Assembly (NCBI GenBank): GCA_002269645.1 | Contig: NIVC01002017.1 | Coordinates: 148,622 to 212,621 of the forward strand | DNA length: 64,000 nt | Direction of reading: 5' to 3' | Origin: Macrostomum lignano | Taxonomy: Eukaryota | Shown here: positions 11,697-24,949 of the stretch, piece by piece | How the letters are laid out: every line of letters begins with the position of its first letter | Position numbering within the stretch: position 1 is the first letter of the stretch | The notes under the pieces: generated by a model | What the model saw: the letters and a program-made list of their open reading frames with translations, nothing else | Database searches by the model: none | Told to the model about the DNA's origin: nothing | Program-made: the position numbers and the translations under genes

Positions 11697-13315
11697 TACT
11701 TTGGGATTAGCGATTAGCGATTTATCTTTATTATCTTCACTTTCTATTTAGTAAGAGCTTTCTAATGTATATTTTTTCATTCATTTTTCTTCAATTCTAC
11801 GCGAAAAGTCATAAATCATTTTGTTGCGATTTTGAGTGATTTATGGCCGCACCTGTCATGTTTTAACGACCCCGAGGGAATTGATAGGATCTCCCGGTCA
11901 CGTGATTCTGGGTGGCAACAAGCTCAGCCAATCATAAAATTCGACGCTCATTTTAATAAATCAGCTCAGCCAATCAGAATCGACGTGTTCCGTTATAACA
12001 AACTGCGGTCCAGTTGGCGGCTATTTAAACCGGTGTTTTTTGCCCGCTCGGACTTCGACCGGTTCTACCCCTGCAAACCCTTTCTGGAGACCGGCCAGGA
12101 ACTTGCTCTCTCTCTGGCCTGACCGTCGTTTCTTGATCCCCGGATTGCAACTCCCCCCACCATCATCAAGGACGAATCCCCCGGTCATCAGCAGTGAACA
12201 TCAAAGTCGAGAGCATCACCTGCTAGCTATCTGCGAAGATTGTGACATCAGCCTCATCCCGGGTCTACAGCTGCGAAGCACTAAGCCGATTCGGTCGCTG
12301 TGGATTACCTGGTCTCCGGCTGTTGAGTTTCTGATTGGTTGGGTGAGAGGCTACCTAGACTTGCTTGATTGGGTGATTCCCTATCTGTCCCCTATTTCAG
12401 TAGCTGGATTAGGCGCACACTTTTGCTCATTTGGTTCAGTAGTACTGTTACTGAGGCAGAAATCATTCAATAATACTGCTAGTAGTCTGAAACTCCAATT
12501 CAATCTGAAGTGTGAAGTGATTTAAGGAGAAGGTTAAATCTGGCAGTTATTTTTATCGGTTTTATTTCTTTGTTCGCCGATGGTTCAGATGAGTAGCTAA
12601 GCTAGTAGGCGCCGGTCACAGTGGACCAATGGCAAGGCAGTTCTCAGTCGATCAATCTATCAAATCAGTGAGCAAAATTGCCAATAGTGCAAAATCAGCG
12701 CCAGAAATGTACTTTGTGCACTATAGGTTCGCCAAGCGGCTCGGGTAATGAATCATGCGGTCTCTGAACGAGTTAGTCTATCATCAGCGCTATGAGAGGC
12801 TAGTTGGAACGTTGAAGGCCAAAAGTACAATTCCTCGTATTTAGCAATGTAATAGTACATGTAGCTACCCCAAGTCTCCCCACTGCAAGAATCCCCTGCA
12901 CAATTCCCCTCTGTACCTGCATGGCCAATGCGATCTAGTCCCAGCAGTGGCCCCTAACATCGGCTATGACTTCGAGATAGACAGCAAAAAGACACTAGTT
13001 AGCAGGTAAGTGCAAAGCCCCTTCTAGTCGGAAGCCCGATTTCGAGAGTCCCGGTGTGGTGAGCCAGGACGTACGGGTTGGTGGCAGCGAGTTAGCTAAC
13101 CTCCGGGTTAACTAATTTCTACCTTCAAAATCTCCCTGCTTGTCTCTCGCTTTCCCTCTCTTAGCTATAGGACCTAGACTGCTCGCCACACGATCAAGCT
13201 ACCATGGGGCTGACCATCTGACAGGAGTGGGGGGCCAGGACTCTGATTGATTTATTTCTGAGACCTGAGGCCCGAAGGCTTCCCCACAAGGGGGCCGAAA
13301 GGTCGAAACCCATCA
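11697..13315 (-). repeat. Arm B' (inverted, diverged copy of 9712..11306)
   Basis: Colinear reverse complement with substitutions and small indels. Confidence 0.93.
11898..12029 (+). promoter_or_regulatory. Pol II promoter-like cassette in B': E-box TCACGTGA, two CCAAT boxes (11928, 11970), TATTTAAA (12022); mirrored on the minus strand in B (~10980-11110)
   Basis: Motif order and spacing are typical of CCAAT/TATA promoters. Both CCAAT boxes are kept in both copies; the TATA in B is TACTTAAA. Confidence 0.5.
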
Positions 13316-14854
13316 TGTAGTTATACTACAGTTTGTCCTTGATATTCACAAACATTGCAATAGATGTACGTACATATGTGTACATGACATACATGTATAT
13401 GCTGCGCAGCACACAATTGCATTATATATGCTTTAGAAAGAAGAAGACATGCAGAGCATCAAATTAAAAAAAGCACACGACGGACGTATTTGTTGGTGCA
13501 TCAAGCGATGAAAATGTGATAATATATTTCTTCCAGCTGTCTTCTGCTTTACTTTGGTCGAATTTTTAGTGGTACATGATTGTTAGTTGAACAGAAATAA
13601 AAAATGGAGATATAGCTAGAAATTGAAATTAAGCTTCACTGCCAAACATTTTGATCTACACATTCGAAAAATACATGTAAAACTGCAATCTATTATTAGC
13701 TATAGTTGGGGTTGGTTTATCATAGAATTTTTATTGTAGAGATTGGCTTCTGTGCTTTTTGTGCTAATAGAAATTCTATAAAATTCTTTTTCAGTCCATA
13801 AAAATAAACTGTACGAGTATTAAAAACTATAAAAATGAAATGGGACGGCGCGAATTACTAAAACATATCCGGAAAGTTTATGGGACAAAATTGGCGGCAA
13901 ACAGCTATAGTTTGTTTGATAAGAACATCAAGACGTACATATATATATTGAAGTTGACAATGGCTTTGATTTTTTGAAAGATCGTAAAAGTGTCCGACTA
14001 CAGGAATTTCACGTCGAGAAACTGTGAAGTTGTTAAGTGTAGTTCCTACTGCAGCATGGCCTTCTAATTTGTTTTGCTTTTTTCGGGTTTGATCAGGGGG
14101 TTCTTTGGCTTATTATGACGGAAAAAAGAGTGAACTGGCAAAGCAGCTATTCAAATAAATCTACTTAAAATATCTACCTTACTGTATCTGCCGTAGGAAT
14201 AGCATAATAAAAAAGCTGAAAAACTAAAAAAGAAAAGCGGAGAAATTGGCGCATCCGACAATGACAGTTATAGTCGTGCGCAGGTGACAGAAAAGACGCA
14301 CTTAACGAAGTTGCACTACTGCCTAGCTAAAGAAAAACACCTCCGTTCGGTTTTCAATGATGCAAGAGGAGCAAAAATAAAGACAAGAAAAAAGCTAATA
14401 TAAAGGCCACAAAAAAGGAGAACTAAATTTTAGCAAAATATAAAAAAGACGAGAAAATTGAAACAAACTTTAAGTTGCTTTGATAAAAGGCACGAGTTCA
14501 GTAGCATTTGAATAATTTTACTAATTATTGTGTGATTCAATATCAGATAGTTCGCAGACTCAGTCGAGTGAGCTAATAGCAGTTGGAGTTGAGACATTTC
14601 TATTAATTTCTGAGTTTCTGAGTTTTTTCTATTGTTTTTGCTGATGAACTTATTACATGTATGTTTCCATACGAACCTAAGTACTCCTCCTATAAGATTT
14701 GCTAAAAGCTTTAATTAATAAATTCAGTCCCTGTTTAAAGCTGCCTCGCTACTTCTGATGAGAGACAGATAACCCATGGAACAAGCAGCAAACTGAATCT
14801 AAGATTATTTTTTCCGATGTCATGGACGGATCTTTAAACTGAGATGGTCAATTG

Positions 14855-17800
14855 TCACTGCCTGGCCTTCGCCGCGTCAGCCAGAAAGTCCAAAACAGAG
14901 CCTTGGCCGGATGCTTCGGCGTAGTCGTGACAGTTCTTGCCCTCTTCGGAGGCTTCCTCAAGTGCTCCGGGATCGGAGTCGGCGATCGCGCGCAGAACTT
15001 CCACGTGACCGTTCGCGGCAGCGTAGTGAACAGGCGCCCGGCCGCTGGCGTCGCGGGCCCGGGCGCTGAGGCTGCCAGCCAGCAGGAGCCGGACCGCCGT
15101 CGGATGGCCGCATGCAGCGGCGAAGTGCAGCGGCGACTTACCACTGGGCGTCAGTCGAGTCAGCAGCGGCTCGGAATTTTCAGTTTCGTCGTCATCTGCT
15201 TCCTCGTCGGCGCTGGTCAGGAGATAATCCAGTACGTCGAAGTGACCGTGCTTGGCGGCCGCGTGAGCCACGGTAGCGCCCTCTTCGTCCACTGAATTTA
15301 TCGGTACGCCTAAAAACGTTAAAAAGTCGACAACGTCTGCTGAGCAGGCGTAGTGCAGAGCTGTCTGGCCTCGCTTATCAGTCGCTGCCAGGACCTCCTC
15401 AAGGCCTTCGCGTGCCAAGTATACAAGCATGTCCTGGCAGTTTTTCCAAGCTGCCACATGAGCAACGTTAGCGCCCTGAGAGTCGATAGCGTTGGGCGGC
15501 AGGCCTAGGTGCAGTAGAAAATCCAGAGCCACGTCGCTTCTTGCGTAGTGCAGCAGGCCTCGTCCGTTGGAGTCAACAGCTTCCAGGAGCCCTCCGGTGG
15601 CAGCAACGGCTCCAGCCGCTGATCCATTGTTCTCATCAAGCGTCAATAGGCAACGTAGTACTTCCAGGTTGTCGCCGAGTACAGCGGTGTGGGCCGGCGT
15701 GACACCTTGATCGTCGGGCTCGTCGACAGGCAAACCACTCAGCGCAAGAAGCTGAACCACCTCGGCACTCCTGGTAAAGTGCATAGCGGAGCGTCCAGCA
15801 ACGTTCTTCGATTTCAGAAGCTGCTCGGCGCAGGGCAAACTGCGAATATGGCCCAGAACCTCGGCGTTATCGTTCATCGCGGCCACGTGCGCGACTGTAG
15901 CCCCATTAGAATCGCGAGACATTGGGTCCAGTCCTTTCTCTACCAGCAAGTCCAAGACCTCTGGAGAACCGGCATGGTGCATCAGGCTCTGGCCTTCTTT
16001 ATCAATGGCGGAAAGCAGCACCTGACCAGACGGCAGGCCAAGAAGGTACTTCACAACCTCGGCGTGGCCATTAAGTGCAGCCGAGTGTGCCGGTGTGGCG
16101 CCTTCGTCATCGCGAGCGTCAGGATTGAGGCCTGCCTCGGTGACTAGTAGTTCAGCAGCTGCCGCCGTGCTAGCGTAGTGCAGGAGGCTCAAACCTTTGG
16201 CATCAACTGCCTTGGCTGCGTCTTTGCCACCTTCTTGTGATAGTAGATAGCGCAATGCCTCCAAGCGACCGTTGAGTGCTGCCAGGTGTCCAGGTGTACA
16301 CCCTCGGCGGTTGCGCGTGTCCAGACGGACTCCGTTCTCATTCAGGTACTTCAGGGCGTCCAGCTTGTCTTCAACGACGGCAATATGCGCCGCCGAGTTC
16401 CAATTGCTGGTGCGGCCGCATAGCTTGTTACCGGCCTTGTGATACTCGGTGAGCTGTGTCAGATCCCCGTCCACCAGAATTTCGATCAGTCGGCCGGGCA
16501 GGCGGCTTTCGTGGATGCTGGTCTCAACGCCATTAGCGGCGAGAAACTCGGCTACTTCCTGTGACTCTGTATAGTGCATCGGTGTCTGATTTTCAACGTC
16601 CCTGCGTTTAAGCAGATCGGGATCCACGGTCAGCAGAAACTGGAGTATCGGCAGGCAGCCGGCCCTGGCAGCCAGGTGTGCTGGCGTCGCACCCTGACTG
16701 TTTGCCGCTTTGGCATCGATTCCGACGCTGTGCAAAAATTTGAATGCGTCGCCATGACCCTTGATGGCGGCGATGTGACAGAGGTTGAAACCGCGCACTC
16801 CGTCTTCAGCGTAGAGGCCCAACAGTTTCTCACCAGACTCGTAGAGGCGCTTTATTTCAGCCTCGTCGCCAGATAAAACGGCATCAATAGCGGCTTCTGA
16901 CAGTCTGCTTTCCTCGACGCTAGTCTTGACGTCAGATTCAATTAGAAAGTTTGCCACTTCGGCGCTGCTGGCGTAATGCATCAGCGAGTCGCCCTGAAAG
17001 TCTCGCGCCAGAAGCAGACTGCCGTCTTCATCAAGGCTGCGCAAAAACTTAAGCACTTCCAAGCTTCCAGTTAGAGCTGCCAAGTGTGCTGGAGTTCTGC
17101 CGCGATAATCTCTTAAACTGAGCAGCGTCTTGCTCGGGTCTCTGGCCAGCAAGTACTCTAGCAAGTTCACATGGCCATAGAGTGCTGCAAAGTGGGCCAC
17201 TGTGTTGCCAGCGAGGTCAGTTGAAGCCAAGCTGAAGCCGACATCTTCAAAAAAATGGACCATCCGAATGCTGCCGCATCCGGCGGCAACATGCAGTGCA
17301 TTGCCTCCGTAGCAGCCTTCGTAGCAGCGACCGCGTACTTTCTTTCCGGCGCGCACGTACCTGTGCAGCCTGTCTATGCTGCCGGAGCAGATGATGTCGA
17401 TGAGCTCACTCGGTAAACGACTTTCGTCGGCTCGGATTGGCAAACCATTCTGGTGCAGAAAGTCGACAACCTCAGTATCTTCAGCGTAGTGCATTAGCGT
17501 GTTTCCGGTTGAATCCAACTCTCTCAGAAGCTGTCCACTGGGGTCCTGTTCAATTAAAAAGGCTAGCAGATCGAGACGACCATTCTTGGCCGCATAGTGT
17601 CCAGGAGTCGCTCCGTTAGCGTCCTTCGCGGAAAGGCTTAGTCCGCAGTCAAGCAAAAACTTAGCGATCTGTGTACTGCTCGCATAGTGCAATAAGCTCT
17701 GTTCCATTTTATCCGTCGCCGTGATGGCCTTTCCGTCCGTGTCAAGTTCCTTAATTAGCTGCAAGACTTCAAAGGCGCCGTTCAGTGCTGCTATGTGTCC

Positions 17801-20800
17801 CGGAGTCTCTCCTCTATTGTCAGTGGCCAGAAGGACAGTCTCTGGTTTGTTAAAATCACACAAAAGGCGCAGGACAGGCGCTAGGTTGTATTGAGCAGCC
17901 CAGTGTCCAGGCGTGGCCCCATTGTCGTCCACCGCAAGAGTTGACAAGCCCTTCTCGTTCAGGTAGCGCACCAGCTCAGTGGTGCTTGCGTAGTGCATCA
18001 GTGTCTGATTGCTGCCGTCGCGAACTTGTACTAAATTGCCAGACGGATCCTCGCTTTCAAGGTACTGTAGAATGTCCAAACGACCGTAGCGTGCGGCAAA
18101 ATGCGCAGGCGCTGTGCCTGATGCGTTTTTCTTGTCAACTGGCAGGCCAACTTCAGAGCGCAGGAATTTTACTGCTTCGAGGTTGCCACCCTGCACAGCA
18201 CAGTGCATACAGCTGCTGCCGCCCTCCGTTTCGGCTTGCAGGGCCTCCAGCCCAGAGAGTTCTAGGATGAAGCGCAACACGTCCAGTTGCCCCTTAAGAG
18301 CCGCCAGGTGAACTGGCCTGACATTGTCAGCTTTGTTTATAGCCGTCACATCCAACCCATGCGCATGCAGAAAACGAATCATATCCGATCGACCTTCCAT
18401 TGCAGCTATGTGGACGGCCGTGTCACCGAACGCATCGATTGTCCTTCCGATGATCTTTCCACCGGCTTCGTAATAGGCTTCAAGAGCGGACAGGTCGCCA
18501 GATCTGATAATGCTTACCAGTTGGGCGGGCAAACGACTCTCACTTTTTGGAGTCTTGGAGCCGCAGCGCTCAATAAATGTTGTGATCTCGGCACTCTCGG
18601 CAAGGTGCATCGGCGTTCGACCCTCTATGTCAGTCGCTTCAAGCAGTTCACCTTTCTTGTCATGCGCTATTAAAAACCGCAGTATCTCCAAATCATTAGC
18701 CCAAACTGCTAGATGCGCAGGAGTGTTGCCTTCATAGTCTCTGAAGGCAATGTCGATGCCGTTTTCCGCCAGAAAACGCAACACCGGCAAGTGGCCGGCC
18801 ACAGTAGCCACGTGAGCGGCATTTCCTCCGTAGCGGTCAGCGGTTCGACCCAGCAGCTTATAGCCGCATGCATGAAACTCTTGCAGACTCTGCAGGTCGC
18901 CCGACATGCAGATATTAAATAGATCATAAGATAACCTGCTCTCTTCAGGTTTCGTGTCCAAACCGGCTTCCTGGAATATTTCAACCACTTCCGCACTCTC
19001 AGCGTAGTGCATCGGCGTTCGACCAGTGGAGTCAACAGAGAAAAGCAGCCGCCGTAGCTCAGGATGGTCCCGCAGGCATTGCAAAACGTCGCTACATCCG
19101 TTTAGGCTGGCTGCGTGTCCAACGGTTCCTCCATTGTCGTCCGCCGCAAAAGGATCCAAGCCACCGTCGACTAGTAGGAACTGCAGCACCTCTGGACTGG
19201 ATGCATAGTGCAGCAGTCCGGCTCCGTAGAAATCCAGTTCGTGCAGTAGATCAGCATCAGTTTCACGCACAAAACGCAGTACGCCTAGGCTGCCACTTCT
19301 GGCGGCAAGATGTCCGGGTGTGCAGCCATCAAAATTTCTCAGCTCCAAACAGCGCGGCTCGACTGAGTGAATCACGGCCAGCAAATCTGCGCGGTCTTCC
19401 ACGGCGGCAACATGCGCAGCGGTGTTCCAGAAATGGTCGTTCGTTCGCCCGCGGAGCTTACCACCAGACTCCAGAAAGTCGCGTAGCCGCTGCACACTTC
19501 CAGACTGCAGGATTCGAATCAGCTGGCTTGAAAGACGGCTCTCGTCAATGCTAGTTTGGACTCCGCAGCTAGTCAGGAATTCGACCACTGGTCCACTATC
19601 AGTGTAGTGTATCAGCGACCTCTCATCAGCGTCTAACAACTGCAAAACTGTCTTGGATTCATCAAGTTCGTGCAAGTGCTTCAATATATCCAGATGACCG
19701 TTCATAGCAGCTAGGTGCCCCATGGTGCGCCCATTAGAGTCTGTGTGGCGCAAGAAGTCTCCAGACTCCTCGGCTTGCCAAAGTGACTGAATCAGTTTCA
19801 AGGCTTCTAAATGTCCGTTGCGGGCAGCTAAATGCGCAGGTGTGGCTCCATCGGCATCCAGTAGGTCCAGTCGAACACCGTTGTCGTTCAAGAACTGAAG
19901 TATTTCAATCGAACCAACAGCAGCAGCAAAATGTCCTGAGGAAAATCCATCCACGTCTTCTCCTCTGTAGACTCCCTGTAGCTTTCCACCAGCTTCGGCA
20001 AAAGCTTTCAGAGCGTCGAGGTCCTGCGACATCACTGCATCGATAACATCTTGATGAAGACGACTGGCATTTACGTTGGCCGTAACTCCATGCTCTTTAA
20101 GGAATGCGACGATTTCAGCACTGTCGGTGCAATGCATGAGCGTCCTGCCAGAATCGTCAACTACTTGAAGACACGACTGATTGCCTAGCTCAGTCAAGAG
20201 GTATTCAAGAACCTGCAGCTGACCTGTCAGCGCTGCGAGATGAGCCGGTGTTTGACCGGACGCGTCTTTAGCTTCGAAAACTTGGGCATCGGGGCTTTGC
20301 TCTCTGATGTACCTCAGAATGTGCACGTGGCCGCTTCGAGCCGCCAGGTGAGCGGGCGTGATTCCTTCTCGATTTTTAGCCACTAGACTAACTCCAAGCC
20401 CGTGAAGAAATTTCAGCAACTCCAGGTGACCCAGCATCGACACAAAATGGCTAACTGTGATGCCTTTAAGTCGTTTTCCGGCTCGCTGGTACTGCTTCAG
20501 GAACTCCAGTTCGCCTGACATCAGAATGTTTATTAGATCCTTTGGAATTCGGCTTTCTTCGTGTTCGGAGGTCACGCCGTGACCTTCCAGAAAATCACAG
20601 ACGTCCGCACTGTCTGTACACTGCAGCAGCGAACGTCCGGTGTCATCGAGCGACTTGAGCAGCTCGCCGGACGGATCCCGGCTAGCGATGAACTGCAGCG
20701 CGCCAAGGTGACCGTTGAGGGCCGCGAGGTGTCCCGGAGTTTGGCCGTGGATATTGCGGACTCGAAGCGGCCTGCACGGATCGTTCTCATCCTGACAAGC

Positions 20801-23800
20801 GTTGCAAAGAAATTCCAAAAGCTCAGTGTGGCCTTTCATTGCCGCGAAGTGGGCGGCCGTATCACCATTGCTGTCCTCAGAGTCAAGCGAAAGTCCCTGC
20901 TGATGCAGGAACTCAACTAAGGCGACATTTCCCTTCAGAGCGGCCACGTGAACAGCCGTGCCGCGATGCTCGTCATTAGTGCGGCCTGGCGAAAGGTTAG
21001 CATGGAGCTTAATTAATATTGGGTTTTTTAGTACAGTGTATGTATTTGCGTCTGTTAATGTTTCCTGGCGTCTGTATTAGTCTACGCTTATATCTATCGA
21101 TAATTTTCTGTCAAAGGGGACTTCACACAAAATGAGTGGCTACAAAGTGCTTCAATATGTACATATGACCTTTCATGGCGGCTAGGTGGCCCATAGTGCG
21201 CCATATTTTCATAAGATGCCAATGCTCAAAGGAGGTTTTAAAATTCAAAATCTCAAGGGGCTTGTGTGAAAATGCAACCTAGTATCTCTATAGCTCGTAT
21301 CCTCAGAATTACCTGCAGTGCACTCGTACAGAACGCTTCATTAGCAATAGTATGGTTGACCCAAAGTTCAAAGTAATGGTTAGATGGCTATGTAAAAGTC
21401 TTAATGGTGTGAATTTAAGTCTTAAAGTCTTCTATTATTGTTTGGTTAACACTGACTTTGATCCCACCATACGAGTGTGTGAGTGAGTAAAGTGAGTCCC
21501 TATATGCTTTCATGCATTCATACCTGAAACTTGCTTTTAGTTTCTTACTGCGATAAGGACGACTAAATGAGATGATGGCGATCTGCAGAATTAGTCAAAG
21601 AGCACTTGACAACTATTGGGTTTCATTGGATCCCGGATTCATTTTCTGGGTCTGTTGGATTCCTTGAAAACAGGTGATCCGTAGTGTCCTACGACGGTTA
21701 CGAGCTCTACTTTGCTCTTATTTTGATGGCACACCAGAGAAAATTCAGATGGCAATTTTAGCGTTTAAACAGATTTGACAGATAAGCACTTATCGACACC
21801 ACAGCTACAATTCCAGAAATATTAAAGCCATAAACTCACCCTGGAGTTTGCCGCCGTCCGTAGCGAACTTCTTTACTGCGTCCAAATCACCCGACATAAT
21901 CGTGTAGAAAAGCTGCTGAGACAAGATGCTCTCTGCCGGGCTGGTCTTCACTCCCTTCTCAGCCAGGAAGCGAGCAATCTCGCCGGATTCAGCAAAGTGC
22001 ATTAGCGTCTTTCCGTCGTTGTCGATGGCTAGAAACAGTTCCCCGCTCGGGTCCTGCTGATCTATAAACTTCATAACCTCGATGTGGCCATTTAGAGTGG
22101 CAAAATGGGCCGGTGTTCGACCTTTGGCATCCGGCTGGCCGAGGACTGTCGCACCATTCTTCTCGACGAGGTACTCAAGCACTGAAAGACGGCCGTTCCT
22201 CGCGGCCAGATGCACCGGCGCTGTACCGTCTTCGTTAGTTGCGGTCAAACCGACACTCTGGCTGTGAAGGAAGTCGACGATCTCGCGGCTACCGACCCCT
22301 GCAGCGAAGTGCGCGGCCGTGAAGCCGTGTACGCTGTCGTCCGAGTAGATGCCGACGAGTTTTCCGCCTCCCGCAGCGAACTGACGCAGTTGGTCCAGTT
22401 CGCAGGCCATTAGCATGTCAACTACCTGCAGGGTTATCAAAACTGTGAAAATCTAGCCTTTGATCAACAAAATTTCAACGTCACTAATTATTACCTGATC
22501 AGCCAGACGACTTTCCTCCAGCGGAGTGGGGCAGCCAGCTTCAGTCAGCAAACGGCAGGCTTCAGTGCTGTCCGCATACTGCAGCGGCGTCTTTCCAAAG
22601 TGATCCGCTTCGAGGGAAAGCTCCGGCCGGCGCTCCAGTAACATTCGTAGAGCATCGAGGCTTCCATGCAGAGAAGCCAGGTGAGCTGGCGACCTGCCCT
22701 GGTAGTCCTTCACAGATAATAGTTCCGGGTTGCGCTCGTGCAGGTAAGCCAGCACTTCGGCGCTGCCGTTTTGTGCGGCCAGGTGAGCTGCAGTCCGACC
22801 GCTGCTGTCGGTGGCATCGAGAGCCAGGCCGCATTCGTCAAGATATTTCAGAACGCTGCACGAACCCATGGCCGAAGCAAAGTGAACCGCCGTGAGCTGC
22901 TGCATGTCGTCATCACTATAGCAGCCGCGCACTTTGTTCCCAGCATCGTGGTAAGCCTTTATGGCATCCGCGTCGCCCGCTTTAATCAGGCTTATAAGCT
23001 CCGAGGACAGGCGGCTCTCGTCAACGCTTACCGGTAGACCGCGCTGAGTGAGCAGCTCGGCTACAGCCTGGCTCTCCGTGTAGTGCATAAGAGACTTCTC
23101 TTCATCGTCCAGGGCGGTCAGCGTCTCTCCAGTCGGGTCGGTATCTAGCAGAAGTTCCAAGGCTTCAACGGATCCGCCCTGCGCGGCGAAATGAGCCGGC
23201 GTTCGACCGAGGTAGTCCCGCGCTGTCAGTAGCGACGGGTCGACCTCTTGAAGATACTTCAGGACGTCAGTCTGGCCCGCCATTGCGGCCGCGTGAGCCG
23301 GCGTGTCGCCCTCGTTGTCCTCCGGCGCCACTGGCAAGCCAGCCGTCTCGTGCAGAAAGCGAAGAATTTTAACCTGACCTACATCGGCGGCAATGTGCAT
23401 GACTGTCTCGCTACTGCGCGTCCGGCCGCGCACCTTCTTGCCAGCCTGATGAAACTGATGCACCGCCTCCAAGTCCCCAGATCGGACCTGGGCCAGAAGC
23501 TCGCGCGACAGCCGGCTCTCGTCGGCGTCAGCGTTAAGACCGAGGTCTCGAAGATAGTCGACGACTTCCTGAGTCTCGGCGCAGTGAACTAGCGAGTTGC
23601 CCTCGCGGTCAACGGCAAGCAGAACCTCGCCGGTCTTGTCCACCTCGCGGAGGTACTCGAGCACATCGAGCCGAGAATTGGCCGCGGCCAGGTGCGCCGG
23701 AGTCTTGCCATCCCGATTCTCCGCGTAGATGCTCAGCCCGTGCTCGTGCAGAAACCGGAGCATGTCCAGCTTGCCCGACACGGCCGCTAGGTGGACGGCC

Positions 23801-24006
23801 GTGTCTCTGAATGGGTTCGGCGCCCGGCCCTCCAGAGATTTCCCGCTCTCTTTGTAGAGCTTCAGCTGCTCTAGATCGCCCGATTCAAGAATATCGAACA
23901 GCTCGGTTGTCATCATCGCCTCCGAGGCTTCGTCGGCAGGCAGCTCGATAATCTCCTCCTCTTCATCGTCTACTTGCTGCTGCGGTGGCTTTATTTCGTC
24001 AGCCAT
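14855..24006 (-). CDS. Giant ankyrin-repeat protein, ~2742 aa; complement(join(14855..20985,21840..22425,22495..24006))
   Basis: Dozens of G.TP.H.AA..G.L..L..L repeats. The three long ORFs join in phase (1512+586+6131=8229 nt) at GTAATA/CAG and GTGAGT/CAG junctions. The ATG exon is preceded by an acceptor, implying an upstream 5' UTR exon. Confidence 0.9.
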
Positions 24007-24949
24007 TCCTGAAAATAATATTTATGTGAAATTAGTGACACCATTTATTGCGGTAAAGTTGCGCGTCAGGTAAATAGTAAATTTAAAATCTTAGAGATTT
24101 AAGTGTATTGTGAAGAATGTGAGCACTATCATAGCACACTAAGAATACTCTAACTTAGAATCTAAGGAGGGCACTAGCACCATGATTGGCAAGTTTCTTA
24201 CGTATTTAGGATTGGTTTTTGAGATTTTATATGCAGGGCCTCAAGCAGTTTTAGTCTGTACTCATTTGAGCACTTATGAATGGTAGAAAAAAATAATCGA
24301 TTTAGCTGTCACAGCATTCTTTCTTTGCATACCACATCAGATGGTCGTGCACGGCTGACATACTTTACCTGTATTCTCTACTTCTCACATACAGGTGTCG
24401 GGTAGTTTCACCTATGCAGGTGATACTCTGGTCACCAGAGCATTGAAATCGGTAAATGACCTCTTTATCTTTATCTTATCTTATTTTATCTTTCCATCTT
24501 TGTATGAACAATCTAAATAAGGTATTGTGGCTCTACTTGGTGCAAAAATATACGCTATTACTTCACTACAGTCTTCCAATTTCCAATTTCAATGCAAAAC
24601 AAGTCATTCAGAGTTTAGTGGCTGAAATATAATCAGGTAGCTTATTTACCACTGAATTCACTTCCCGAAATCGTAGCTCGCCTCGGCAAGTTGTCTGTCT
24701 AGCTGTCCCAATGTCTTGGGATGCCAAATAGTATTTTAGATTTTTCAGTCCTGATAGACAGAGAGGTGCAGTTAGGAAGAGGCCGGAGGGCCTGGCTGCT
24801 ATGGTATTTGTCGTTAACCCTGGCTGGCATAAAAGAACCCTGTGGAGTGAGGTGGTTTTGGGCATGGGCTGGACTGGGGAGAGAAGGCCTCATTGAGTCC
24901 CTGACCCACCTCTACAGTCATGCACTGTTCTAAACTTCCCTATGCCTCT

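Noticed and set aside
13264-13320. Hammerhead ribozyme at the end of arm B'
   Set aside because: A helix II-GAAAC-like part is present, but there is no CUGANGA core in the right position in either copy. Kept only as a hairpin observation.
14852-23592. Numerous 60-150-aa ORFs overlapping the ankyrin gene
   Set aside because: Antisense or alternative-frame shadows of GC-rich coding sequence with no recognisable motifs.
24405-24460. Hammerhead-like motif (CTCTGG-TCA-CCAGAG...GAAATCGGTA)
   Set aside because: Hairpin present but the catalytic core is missing; at best a decayed pLTR remnant.
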